NCBI GenBank assembly: GCA_001797675.1
Contig: MGQB01000001.1
Location: 137,968-201,967, forward strand
DNA from: Deltaproteobacteria bacterium RBG_13_43_22
GTDB lineage: Bacteria; Desulfobacterota; RBG-13-43-22
Reading direction: 5' to 3'
DNA length: 64,000 nucleotides
A program made the position numbers and the translations under genes. Below the pieces are notes generated by a model. It saw only the letters and a program-made list of their open reading frames with translations, did no database searches and had not been told where the DNA came from. Every line of letters begins with the position of its first letter. The stretch's first letter is position 1. Positions 51,422 to 60,086 of this stretch are shown here, one piece after another.

Positions 51422-52978
51422 ATGATACGCATTATCGATACCGGATTCTTAAGCGGGGCGGAAAACATGGCCTGGGATGAGGTTTTGTTGAAAGCCCGGG
51501 CCGAGGGGATCATTCCGGATACGCTACGTTATTTGAGATTTTCGCCTCCCGTAGCCCTGGTTGGTTTTCACCAGACCGTCGCTGAAGAAATCCGAATCGA
51601 ATACTGTCGGCAGGAAGGGATCGAAATCAACCGCCGGATCACCGGAGGTGGTGCCGTTTTTTTCGATGAAGGTCAACTGGGTTGGGAGCTGATCGCCTCC
51701 AGAAAATCCATTCCCACCTGCCTGACCATGGAGGAGATCACCGCAGCGATCTGCCGGGCTGCAGCCAGAGGATTGCAAATTTTAGGGCTTGATGCCGGCT
51801 TTCGGCCCCGGAATGATATTGAAATTCAGGGTCGAAAGATCTCCGGGACAGGAGCAGCTTTTGAAGCGGATGTTTTTCTTTTTCAAGGAACCTTGTTGAT
51901 TGATTTCAACCTCGAACACCTGATTAAAGCCCTGCGTATTCCCATTGAAAAGTTGAGCCATAGGGAATTAACCTCGGCCCGGGAGCGGGTGACCAGTTTA
52001 AAAGAACAGTTGGGAGAAATCCCTCCCCTGGAAAAAGTTAAAAAGGCCCTGGAAAAAGGTTTAAGCACCGGCCTGGGGTTCCAGTTTAAACAGGGCCGGA
52101 TCACCAAAGAAGAGGAGGCCTTATTCCGACAAAAATTGTCCAAGATGCAATCGTCCGAATGGATTCAGGGTACCAGGATCCCTTTTCGGCCTCAGGAGGT
52201 ACTTCATTCCATCCATAAGGAAGACGGAGGATTAATCCGAATCGCTGTTAGGGTTGATTTAAAAAAAGAACGGATCAAAGACATCCTGATCACCGGGGAT
52301 TTTTTTATCCATCCCCAGAGGGCGATTTATGATCTGGAGACGGATTTAAAAAATACCCCGACAAGAGAATTGCATCAACGAGTGGATGCTTTTTTTAAAA
52401 AGAACTGGGTGGAACTGTTGGGGTTGAGTTCCGAAGATTTTTATCGGGCGATTCAACTGGCTTTGGATAAAATAGATTATGCTCATCTCGGTTTCACCTT
52501 TTCGGAAGCCGATTGGATGACCGCCTTTAACGGCACACTAAATGAAATCCTGGAGCAATGTGATTTGCTCTTACTGCCCTATTGCTCGAAATTACCAGAG
52601 TGTGAATATCGATATAAAAACGGCTGTGTCCAGTGCGGGCTGTGTATGATCGGTGAGGCCTTTGCCCTGGCCGAATCCAAGGGTCTAAAGGTCATGACTA
52701 TTCAGAATTACGAGCATCTGGTGGAGACCCTGGAACAAGAAAAAAGAAACGGGACCCGGGCTTATATCGGCTGCTGCTGTGATGCATTTCAGCTTAAAAG
52801 GCAGGAGGCCTTTAAAGAGGCCGGGCTGCCGGGATTGCTGATCGATATTGAAAATACGACCTGTTACGAATTGAATCAGGAAAAAGAGGCTTACCTCGGT
52901 CAATTCCAGCACCAAACTTACCTGAGATTGGGGTTGTTGGAAAAGGTTTTAAATTTAGTTACTCACAGACAGCGATAA
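51422..52978 (+). CDS. Lipoate-protein ligase A-like protein fused to a C-terminal DUF116-like Cys-rich domain
   Basis: 518 aa. LplA part: MIRIIDTGFLSGAENMAWDEVLL, NRRITGGGAVFFD and QGRKISGTGA (catalytic Lys context). C-terminal ~160 aa: LLLLPYCSKLPECEYRYKNGCVQCGLCMIGE ... GCCCDAFQLKRQEAFKEAGLPGLLIDIENTTCYEL, matching my memory of the DUF116 pattern. Confidence 0.7.
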   Translation: MIRIIDTGFLSGAENMAWDEVLLKARAEGIIPDTLRYLRFSPPVALVGFHQTVAEEIRIEYCRQEGIEINRRITGGGAVFFDEGQLGWELIASRKSIPTCLTMEEITAAICRAAARGLQILGLDAGFRPRNDIEIQGRKISGTGAAFEADVFLFQGTLLIDFNLEHLIKALRIPIEKLSHRELTSARERVTSLKEQLGEIPPLEKVKKALEKGLSTGLGFQFKQGRITKEEEALFRQKLSKMQSSEWIQGTRIPFRPQEVLHSIHKEDGGLIRIAVRVDLKKERIKDILITGDFFIHPQRAIYDLETDLKNTPTRELHQRVDAFFKKNWVELLGLSSEDFYRAIQLALDKIDYAHLGFTFSEADWMTAFNGTLNEILEQCDLLLLPYCSKLPECEYRYKNGCVQCGLCMIGEAFALAESKGLKVMTIQNYEHLVETLEQEKRNGTRAYIGCCCDAFQLKRQEAFKEAGLPGLLIDIENTTCYELNQEKEAYLGQFQHQTYLRLGLLEKVLNLVTHRQR

Positions 52979-53241
52979 GGAGGGATAGATTCTTACACCC
53001 TCATTTATATCCCACAATTTAATAAGCTGGTCTTGATTTTCTGCGATGCGCGGAAGGCTATGCTTGAGGAGCGTTTCACTTGAGGATCGTTCGTCTTCGA
53101 CGAACTTGAGGCCAAAGGCAGTTGCCTCTTCCCTCAAACGAAGTACTCCTTAAGCGAAGCGATCCTTAAACAAGTTGAACTCTGGCTCCAAGTTCCAAAA
53201 TTTCAAATATTTTGGTTAGACTTTAAAGCAGTTTCATTATC

Positions 53242-55896
53242 TTATTCCCACTCATCCAGTCCACCGGCCAAGACTGTCTGTTTAGCCGGTTGGACTGTGC
53301 GAAAGACCTGAGAAGGCGGGAATTTTTGACCATCGACGGTCAACAGGTGATCCTCGATGGAAATGCCGAAGAGGCGTTCGTTCTCCTTAAGATAAGGCAG
53401 GATCAGTTGCCAATCCTTCTCGGAGAAGGGGACGATTTCCCCGCCGTTAAGCTGTTCGGCCACTATTTTTTGATGAGGGTCCCGAATATAAATGGCCCCG
53501 CCGGAGGCCAGAGAAAAGAGATTCGCTCCGGGATAAGGCGTTTCCTGCGGAATAATATTACCCTGGTTGTCAACGGCCAAGCCGTTGACAATGACAAATC
53601 CTCCCCCGTTATGCGGGTCTCCGGCCATGAAGGATTCGGCCAGAAAATCCAGGGCTGTGCCGTTGATAACCACTTTAGGCCGGCCCACGGCATTGATCAA
53701 GGGCCGTCCGGCGGCATTGCCCAGCACATAAACCTCCCCGCCTTTGGCCCCGTAAAGAAAGGTCTGGCCCACATCGCCATGGACCACCAGTTTGCCGCTT
53801 TTAAGGATCTGCCCCAATTGGTCCTGGGCATTGCCATGGACCACGATTTCCAATCCGTCGATCCCCGAAGCCAGATAATCGCCGCTGCTCCCATAGGCGT
53901 CTATTCGGACCCCTTTGGTGTCCGGTCCCAGACCGCAGCCCAGAAACCGTTGCCCCCGATATCCATAGCCGATAAACCGTTTCCAGCCCAGTTCATAAGC
54001 CTTGACCACCAGGCGGGAATCACAGTCTTCCCCTTCGGGGGGGAACTGCTCTCCATCGACCACCAGGGTTTTTTCTCCGGCTTCCGGGGCACGAAGCATT
54101 AGACGATGGGCATAATCGATCCGGAGAAAAGGGGTTCCTTTCTCCTGGGTTAAAGATGGAATCCCGTTAAATATTTTTTCAAGCGACCGGGTGACCATTT
54201 GCAGAACGGATCGGCGGCGCTTCGTCCCTGTGGGATACCTTCGATCCAACAGCAGAGTCAATGTCTCCACCACGCCTTCCATCAGCTTTTCTTCTTTAGC
54301 CAGCGCTATCAGATGATCTAAAAAATTGTTAAGCTGAGCGTAGTCCCATTTTTCTATGGAACCCAATAAAGAAGAATATAAAGAGATAATCTTCCCGGAT
54401 TCCAATCCTTTCCTTATCTTTTGGGCCGTCGTTGCTTTTAAAGGAAAAGTCTTAAGTTCGAGGCTAAAATCAAGGGGGGTCCGGTCGGCCGGGATATCGA
54501 TAGGTCGGCCGAATTTATCCTGACAGGTCAGGTTCCAATTCCCGGAGTCCGATTCTTTGACTGAAAAAATAAAGGCCCCCCCATCGGTATAACTGCCGCC
54601 CCGGGCATTCCAATAGCGGTCGGCAATCGTGCCGAACCGGGGATCTTCCCTGGCCAAAGACTGCAAGGTGGCATCGATAGCCTGTTTTTCCGAGCAGATC
54701 AGCCCGATCTCCACTTCTCCTTTTTGCAGGGCGAAAACTTGGGGCCTGAGCATGGCCGTATCGGTGATGCCGATTAATTGATAGGTTTTTTCCCCGGTGA
54801 GATTGCGGGCAATGATGAAAAACCAAGGCCCGTCCGGGGAGCCATGGATCTGGGTAGTCTGGATCTGGCGGTAAATCCTTTGTTTTTCCACAGACAGCTT
54901 GTCAAAATCCATTTCCGTTGTCGGGGCCAGAGATTCAATGATGTATTCCAGGGGATAGCCGTAGACCCGGTTCAAGAGATCAAAGACCTGGACCGAGACC
55001 TCCGTATCCGTTAAAAACAGAGGGACTACATTTCGTTGATAAAGATATTCACTGACCGAATAATAATTGGCAAAATCCCCGTTATGGACCAGGGCCTCAT
55101 CCAGACCGATAAATGGGTGGGCTCCGCCCGGATGCCAGACCCGGCCCTTGGTGGGATAGCGCTGATGGGCAATCCAGATATGGGCCTTAAAATCATCCAA
55201 CTGATAATACTGGGCTACCTTCTCAGCATAACCGACAATCTTCAGGATCATCATGTTGCGGCCATGAGACAGGACAAAGGCTTTTTTCTCTCCCAATGAA
55301 CTATAATAGGTTTCGTTTAACCGGAAGGTGTTTTGATAAACAAATTCTTCGGCCGCTTTTTCAAGGGACAATTTTCCCAAATTTTTTTCAAGTTGAAATT
55401 TGGCGAGGACATCGGGTTGGACCTGGACGAAATAACGTTTAACCTGAGGAGGCTCAATGTCCAACCCGGGGATATCCCGAAAATCATCGACCGTCGGAAC
55501 AAAATCTTCATGAGGGATCTTAAAAAAAGGACGGACGAAACGATCTTCCAACTCCTTTAATACCGTTGGATCCAACAAGGCAATCTGGAGCAGAAAATGG
55601 GATTCCAAGGTGTTTTGATCAACCCCTAATTTCCCGGCTTCGAGCCCGACGGCGGCGATGCCGCCCCCTTTCCCATTTCCGCGGTTGTGCATCTGGACCG
55701 AAGGTTCGAAAATGTGGCGGCCCCCCACCGGGATATTACAGGCAAATCCGGTAACCCCGCAGCCCCCTTCCTCGGCCTCGGTGCGTAGAGGGAGAACGGG
55801 AAGTCCTTTGGTTTTCTCTACAAGACGGGCACGAGAATCGATAATGGCTTGGGCAATATGTTTTTGATTCATATTCAACCTATTTTTCAATTTCAT
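53242..55896 (-). CDS. Glutamate-synthase-like fusion: class II (Ntn) glutamine amidotransferase domain plus GXGXG (GltB C-terminal) domain
   Basis: 884 aa. N-terminal GGCGVTGF, IAHQRYPTKG and LVHNGDFANY. C-terminal VVHGNAQDQLGQILKSGKLVVHGDVGQTFLYGAKGGEVYVLGNAAGRPL. No FMN domain lies between them. Confidence 0.8.
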   Translation of the reverse strand: MKLKNRLNMNQKHIAQAIIDSRARLVEKTKGLPVLPLRTEAEEGGCGVTGFACNIPVGGRHIFEPSVQMHNRGNGKGGGIAAVGLEAGKLGVDQNTLESHFLLQIALLDPTVLKELEDRFVRPFFKIPHEDFVPTVDDFRDIPGLDIEPPQVKRYFVQVQPDVLAKFQLEKNLGKLSLEKAAEEFVYQNTFRLNETYYSSLGEKKAFVLSHGRNMMILKIVGYAEKVAQYYQLDDFKAHIWIAHQRYPTKGRVWHPGGAHPFIGLDEALVHNGDFANYYSVSEYLYQRNVVPLFLTDTEVSVQVFDLLNRVYGYPLEYIIESLAPTTEMDFDKLSVEKQRIYRQIQTTQIHGSPDGPWFFIIARNLTGEKTYQLIGITDTAMLRPQVFALQKGEVEIGLICSEKQAIDATLQSLAREDPRFGTIADRYWNARGGSYTDGGAFIFSVKESDSGNWNLTCQDKFGRPIDIPADRTPLDFSLELKTFPLKATTAQKIRKGLESGKIISLYSSLLGSIEKWDYAQLNNFLDHLIALAKEEKLMEGVVETLTLLLDRRYPTGTKRRRSVLQMVTRSLEKIFNGIPSLTQEKGTPFLRIDYAHRLMLRAPEAGEKTLVVDGEQFPPEGEDCDSRLVVKAYELGWKRFIGYGYRGQRFLGCGLGPDTKGVRIDAYGSSGDYLASGIDGLEIVVHGNAQDQLGQILKSGKLVVHGDVGQTFLYGAKGGEVYVLGNAAGRPLINAVGRPKVVINGTALDFLAESFMAGDPHNGGGFVIVNGLAVDNQGNIIPQETPYPGANLFSLASGGAIYIRDPHQKIVAEQLNGGEIVPFSEKDWQLILPYLKENERLFGISIEDHLLTVDGQKFPPSQVFRTVQPAKQTVLAGGLDEWE

Positions 55897-56008
55897 ACTC
55901 GCTAATGATAAAGCCTATAAAGGATTTCTTGATGCTGAATAAAAACAAAAAGCGATACTCGATTCTGGATAAAGACAATCAAGTATCCACCATCCAGTAT
56001 TCAGTAGT

Positions 56009-57523
56009 TCACTCCAACTCCCCTTCAATCTCTTCGGCCTTTATATAATCCAGATGGGCCAGGCAATCCCAGCGGCCGACCAGATCCCGGATATGGGTAA
56101 TGCCTAATCTTTTAAGGATGAATCTCAATTGTTTCATCCAGGCCGCATAAACATTGATGATCCGCTGGGTCCCCCAATCCTGGGTGATCAACTGGGTCAG
56201 TTCCGGATCGGTGGTGGCGATCCCCCGGGCACATCCCCTTCCGGATTCGCAGTTATGACAGCGCAGGCATTCCAGGGCCACCATATCGGCGGTGCCCAGG
56301 CAAACCCCATTGGCACCCAGGGCAATGATCTTGGCCACATCATAGCCGGTCCGTATCCCGCCGCTGGCGATCAGGGTTAGGTTATCCCGGATACCCTCTT
56401 CCTTAAGAAATTTATGAACTTTGGGGACGGCATACTCCAGGGGCATGGCAATATTCTTTTTGGCGATATCCGGGGCCGCCCCAGTGCCACCGTAGCTGCC
56501 GTCCAACTGAAGGATATGGGCCCCGGCAAAATAGCTCCCCACGGCCACCATATCCACATCATTCGGGGTGGAGACCTTTACGGAAACCAAAGCCCGTGGA
56601 TTGGTCGCTTTGATCCAGTCGATATGTTTTTTGTGGTCTTCCACGGAATAGACACTATGAAAGGGGAAGGGAGAAAACAGAGAACTTCCCACCACCGCCT
56701 CCCGCATGCGGGCTACCTCCGTGGTGACTTTGTCGCCCAGGAGATGTCCGCCCAATCCGGGTTTGGCCCCCTGGGCATATTTAAATTCCACGATGCGCAC
56801 CCGCTGGATGGTCTCTTCTCGCACCCCGAACAGACCGGTGGCCACCTGGGTAATAATGTGATCGTCGTACGGTTTAAGATCGTCCGGATATCCTCCTTCC
56901 CCTGTACAGCAAAAGGTCCCCCAGGCCGCTGCCGCCCGGACCCGGGAGAGGATGGCGTTGATACTCACCGAACCGAAGGACATCCCTCCCAGGTAGAAGG
57001 GGATCGGCAGGGAGATGGAGGGCCGTTCGTCTCCGGTACGGTTAAGATCCAGGGACAGGCAAATATCTTCATCCGGGCAGTCTAAGGCCTTGTTGGGAGG
57101 GAAGACCAGCCGGAGTTTATCAAAACCACCCCCCGAATCCCCGGTCTTGTAATTGAGCCCCTGATACGGGATTTCTCCGGTTTCGGCCATATACCAGGTA
57201 CTGGCCAGTAGATCGGCCGTCCATCTCCTGTCGCCCAGGACCTCGAAAGAGGGATTGGGATTCATGGTGATGGCATCCTTGGGACAGCGGGCAATACAAT
57301 AAAATTCATTCTTTTGGCAGGCCGGTCCCAGGCAAAGGAAATCCTTTCCGGCCTTGGGTCGTTTGGCCCCCGGCTGATAAACCCCAAAAGGGCAAAGGTT
57401 CAGACAAAGGCCACAATTGTCACAATTCTTACCGATGACGATACGGAACTTGCTTAAACCATGGCGAAAACGCGTTGGTGCCGGTTTCACCTCAGGAGGA
57501 ATAAATTGAGAAACGTCAAACAT
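56009..57523 (-). CDS. Glutamate synthase FMN-binding (GltB domain 2) protein with N-terminal 2x[4Fe-4S] ferredoxin domain
   Basis: Preferred start MFDVSQF at 57523, with GAGGG 5 nt upstream. The 42 extra residues in the ORF track translate a repeat element. Motifs: CDNCGLCLNLCP, CIARCP, GGMSFGSVS, YAQGAKPGLGGHL, LQLDGSYGGTGAAP and IASGGIRTGYDV. Confidence 0.85.
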   Translation of the reverse strand: MFDVSQFIPPEVKPAPTRFRHGLSKFRIVIGKNCDNCGLCLNLCPFGVYQPGAKRPKAGKDFLCLGPACQKNEFYCIARCPKDAITMNPNPSFEVLGDRRWTADLLASTWYMAETGEIPYQGLNYKTGDSGGGFDKLRLVFPPNKALDCPDEDICLSLDLNRTGDERPSISLPIPFYLGGMSFGSVSINAILSRVRAAAAWGTFCCTGEGGYPDDLKPYDDHIITQVATGLFGVREETIQRVRIVEFKYAQGAKPGLGGHLLGDKVTTEVARMREAVVGSSLFSPFPFHSVYSVEDHKKHIDWIKATNPRALVSVKVSTPNDVDMVAVGSYFAGAHILQLDGSYGGTGAAPDIAKKNIAMPLEYAVPKVHKFLKEEGIRDNLTLIASGGIRTGYDVAKIIALGANGVCLGTADMVALECLRCHNCESGRGCARGIATTDPELTQLITQDWGTQRIINVYAAWMKQLRFILKRLGITHIRDLVGRWDCLAHLDYIKAEEIEGELE

Positions 57524-57527
57524 GATA

Positions 57528-57677
57528 CCCTCGTAAAAGGCCATCAACTGGGACGGCACAGTAAAAAGTCCAGAGACAAGGCGCGCAAGTCCTGAGGAAA
57601 GAGGCGAACATTGAAGTACGCTGCATTGACGAAGGATGTAGCGCAACACCGCCTCTAGGCTTTTTTACGAAGCCGTC
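57528..57677. mobile_element. MITE-like palindromic element, copy 2 (TCGTAAAA-type inverted termini)
   Basis: The left end CCCTCGTAAAAGGCC (57528-57542) pairs with the reverse complement of GGCTTTTTTACGAAGCCGTC (57658-57677), with a 1-2 nt indel. It fills nearly the whole 163-bp gap between two co-directional genes. Confidence 0.5.
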
Positions 57678-57686
57678 GGACATAGG

Positions 57687-59069
57687 TTAATTCCTTTTAT
57701 GCAAAGGGAGAAAAATCTCCCTTTCCAGGTCTTCAAAAAACATGGCCCGGCCCATTTCACCCCTAAGGCGCCGGGCTTCCCGGATGCCCATAGCCCCCAT
57801 GACTTCCAAAAGCTGGTTGTACCAGCCGGCAATCAGGTTCCGGATCCGGGCCTGCCCCCGCGGCGGGTAGATCTGGGCGATATTCACCGGGCAGGGAATG
57901 CCTTCGGCACACCTCCGGCAAACACGGCACTCCAAAGCCACCAGGAGGGGGATATCCACGGTAACGGCATCGGCTCCGCAAATAATCAGCTTGGCCAGGT
58001 CTTCGGCCATGGCCACACCGCCCCCGGCTAAAAGGGTAATCTGATCCCGGAACCCGTTTTTAACCAGATGTAAATGGACCTCCTTGATTCGATCTTTGAT
58101 AAATAAGGGGGCTTCTCCCTGGTCGCGGCCGAATTCATCGGCCATAAAGTGAAGGATTTCCAATCCAGATTGAGTTAGTTCCAAGGCCCGGTCCTTGGCC
58201 TGAGGATTCAAGGGAATTCGGACAGCGATAACGGCCTCAGGGTTTATCCCTTTTAGCCATTTCTGTATTTCCAGAACCTTGAGTCCATCTGGGATTTCTA
58301 TCAGGCGGAGCTTTTTAAGGATTTCTTTATCGAACCCTTCGGGATCCCCGGTCAGATAGAGCATGATGTGATTCAAATAGCGTTGCAGACTCGGGTGCCA
58401 ATCCTCCTGGGTAATAATGGAAAAGGTATTGATCTTCTTTGCCGCCCGGAGCAAGGTATGATTGATGCGGTCCCGTGGGGGAGACCAGGGCAGTATGTCA
58501 AAGATGATCGGTATAGGGATTTCAACGGAAGGATAGGGCGGAGATAAAAGGTTTCCCAGGGTATCAAACTCAAGGGCCTGGTGTTTTCGTCCCAGATCGA
58601 CCTGGGTGCTGATATACTCCCGTCCAAGAATCCCATCCCGGGTGGGTCGAACGATTTCGGACATATCGGTCCACATGGCGTCAAATCCCGATCCGGAAAA
58701 AGGCCCCCCATACCCGGCACCGGAAACCGGGATACGGCCGGTCTCGGCCTGAAACCAGAGTTTGGAGATGATCTCTGGGGTCCAGTAATGGTCTCCGAGA
58801 TTTTTATAGTCGGGGTTTAAGGCCTTATGGATTAGCCGGTTGGGACAATTCTGGACACATCGAAAACAGTCTTTGCACAAACTGTCCAAAGAATCGGACA
58901 TCAAGCGAGAATCGAGTCCCCGTTTATCATAAACCCCGTAAACACATTCCCGTTTGACGCATTTAGGGCATTTAAGACAGCCCTCTTCCCAAGCAATGAC
59001 CCCGGACCGTATCACTGTGGGAAAACGATTGGGCACCGGGGCGGTATGAATATGATATTTGACTGGCAT
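57687..59069 (-). CDS. Glutamate-synthase-related Fe-S/TIM-barrel protein (divergent GltB domain-2 paralog)
   Basis: 460 aa. Cys clusters CLKCPKCVKREC, CKDCFRCVQNCP and CRVCRRCAEGIPCP. C-terminal LLAGGGVAMAEDLAKLIICGADAVTV resembles the end of the FMN barrel. The QGAKPG-type motif was not seen. Confidence 0.5.
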   Translation of the reverse strand: MPVKYHIHTAPVPNRFPTVIRSGVIAWEEGCLKCPKCVKRECVYGVYDKRGLDSRLMSDSLDSLCKDCFRCVQNCPNRLIHKALNPDYKNLGDHYWTPEIISKLWFQAETGRIPVSGAGYGGPFSGSGFDAMWTDMSEIVRPTRDGILGREYISTQVDLGRKHQALEFDTLGNLLSPPYPSVEIPIPIIFDILPWSPPRDRINHTLLRAAKKINTFSIITQEDWHPSLQRYLNHIMLYLTGDPEGFDKEILKKLRLIEIPDGLKVLEIQKWLKGINPEAVIAVRIPLNPQAKDRALELTQSGLEILHFMADEFGRDQGEAPLFIKDRIKEVHLHLVKNGFRDQITLLAGGGVAMAEDLAKLIICGADAVTVDIPLLVALECRVCRRCAEGIPCPVNIAQIYPPRGQARIRNLIAGWYNQLLEVMGAMGIREARRLRGEMGRAMFFEDLEREIFLPLHKRN

Positions 59070-59095
59070 GAATTCCTCTATAAAAAATCGGTATG

Positions 59096-59154
59096 AGGTG
59101 CAAGGGGCGAGGTTTAAGGTCCCAAGATAACAGCCTTATACCTTACACCTTGGA
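59096..59154. repeat. Heptamer-built palindrome (AGGNNNN x4 facing CCTNNNN x3)
   Basis: AGGTGCA AGGGGCG AGGTTTA AGGTCCC, then 10 nt, then CCTTATA CCTTACA CCTTGGA. AGGTGCAAGG can pair with CCTTACACCT. It lies in the metF/glt-like intergenic gap. Confidence 0.65.
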
Positions 59155-59162
59155 TCGTTTTT

Positions 59163-60086
59163 TTAAACCGTGGGTCTCGGCATCAGCCCGGCCTGTTCCA
59201 CGACTTGGGGAACGGCCTCTTCCCATTCTATGGCCATGATATGAACACCATGGACGCCTTCCATTTCTTTAAGGGCCTGGATGGTCTCGATGCTGATTTT
59301 AATCCCTTCCTTTCTTTGTCCTTTAGCCGGAACCGATTTCATGCGCCGGATCAAGGGTTCTGGGATGTCCATCCCGGCCACTTGGTTTTTAATGTACTCA
59401 GCCATTTTAGCTGATTTTAAAGGCGTAATCCCCCCCAAAATATAAACCTTTTCATGGAGGCCTCGGTCCCGCACCTGACTCATCCATTCTTTAAACCGAT
59501 CCAGATTATAAATGCACTGGGTTTGAATAAATTCAGTGCCGGCCTTGACTTTCTTGGCCAGCCGGATCACCCGGTAAAAAAAGGGGTCTGCAAATGGGTT
59601 TGCGGCTGCGCCGATAAAAAGATAGGGGGGAGGGCTGACGGCCTCGCCGCCGATGATTTGACCCTCATCCCGCATCCGGCGGACCGTCTGTATTAATTGG
59701 ATCGAATCCAGATCAAAGACTCCGATGGCCTGAGTCTGATTGCCGAAGGATTGATGATCGCCGCTCAAACAAAGGACATTCCGGATCCCCAGGGTCGAGG
59801 CCCCCAGGAGGTCGGATTGGAGAGCAATGCGGTTCCGGTCCCTGACCACCATCTGGAGCACCGGATCGAGTCCTTCCTGAAGCAGGAGGACGCAGGCCGC
59901 CAGGCTGGAGAGACGAACGACTCCGGTCTGGTTGTCGGTGACATTAACACTATCCACATAACCCTTAAGTATCCGGCCTTTTTTAATTACGGCTTCGGGA
60001 TCGGCCCCTTTGGGAGGGCCGCATTCGGCGGTGACGGCAAATCGGCCGGCGGCTAATACGTTTTTAAGTTGGCTTTCAATTTTCAA
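59163..60086 (-). CDS. metF: Methylenetetrahydrofolate reductase (anaerobe-type MetF)
   Basis: 307 aa from a TTG start that overlaps the metV stop. Motifs: FAVTAECGPPKGADPE and SVNVTDNQTGVVRLSSL. TIM-barrel layout typical of MetF. Confidence 0.8.
   Translation of the reverse strand: MKIESQLKNVLAAGRFAVTAECGPPKGADPEAVIKKGRILKGYVDSVNVTDNQTGVVRLSSLAACVLLLQEGLDPVLQMVVRDRNRIALQSDLLGASTLGIRNVLCLSGDHQSFGNQTQAIGVFDLDSIQLIQTVRRMRDEGQIIGGEAVSPPPYLFIGAAANPFADPFFYRVIRLAKKVKAGTEFIQTQCIYNLDRFKEWMSQVRDRGLHEKVYILGGITPLKSAKMAEYIKNQVAGMDIPEPLIRRMKSVPAKGQRKEGIKISIETIQALKEMEGVHGVHIMAIEWEEAVPQVVEQAGLMPRPTV

Noticed and set aside
52955-53137. 60-aa minus-strand ORF after the LplA-DUF116 gene, considered as a possible toxin-antitoxin fragment
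   Set aside because: It overlaps the 3' end of the plus-strand gene. It lies in a segment made of short repeats (CTTGAGGA x2, CTTGAGGCC, and the palindrome TTCGTC-TTC-GACGAA). It has no TA-family motif that I can recognise, so I treat it as another intergenic repeat patch.
53290-54102. 270-aa ORF on the plus strand inside the glutamate-synthase-like gene
   Set aside because: It is fully antisense to a CDS with strong family motifs. Its sequence is low-complexity and Gly/Pro/Ala/Gln-rich with no motif. This is the typical shadow ORF of a GC-richer gene. The same applies to 54778-55014, 55036-55299, 55333-55560 and 55658-55867.
56414-57085. 223-aa plus-strand ORF antisense to the GltB FMN-domain gene
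   Set aside because: It is a shadow ORF opposite a well-supported CDS, and its composition is His/Gly/Arg/Pro-rich with no recognisable domain.
57524-57649. 42-aa N-terminal extension of the GltB FMN-domain ORF given by the ORF track
   Set aside because: It translates the MITE-like element. The internal ATG at 57523 has a GAGGG ribosome-binding site, and the ferredoxin domain begins right after it.
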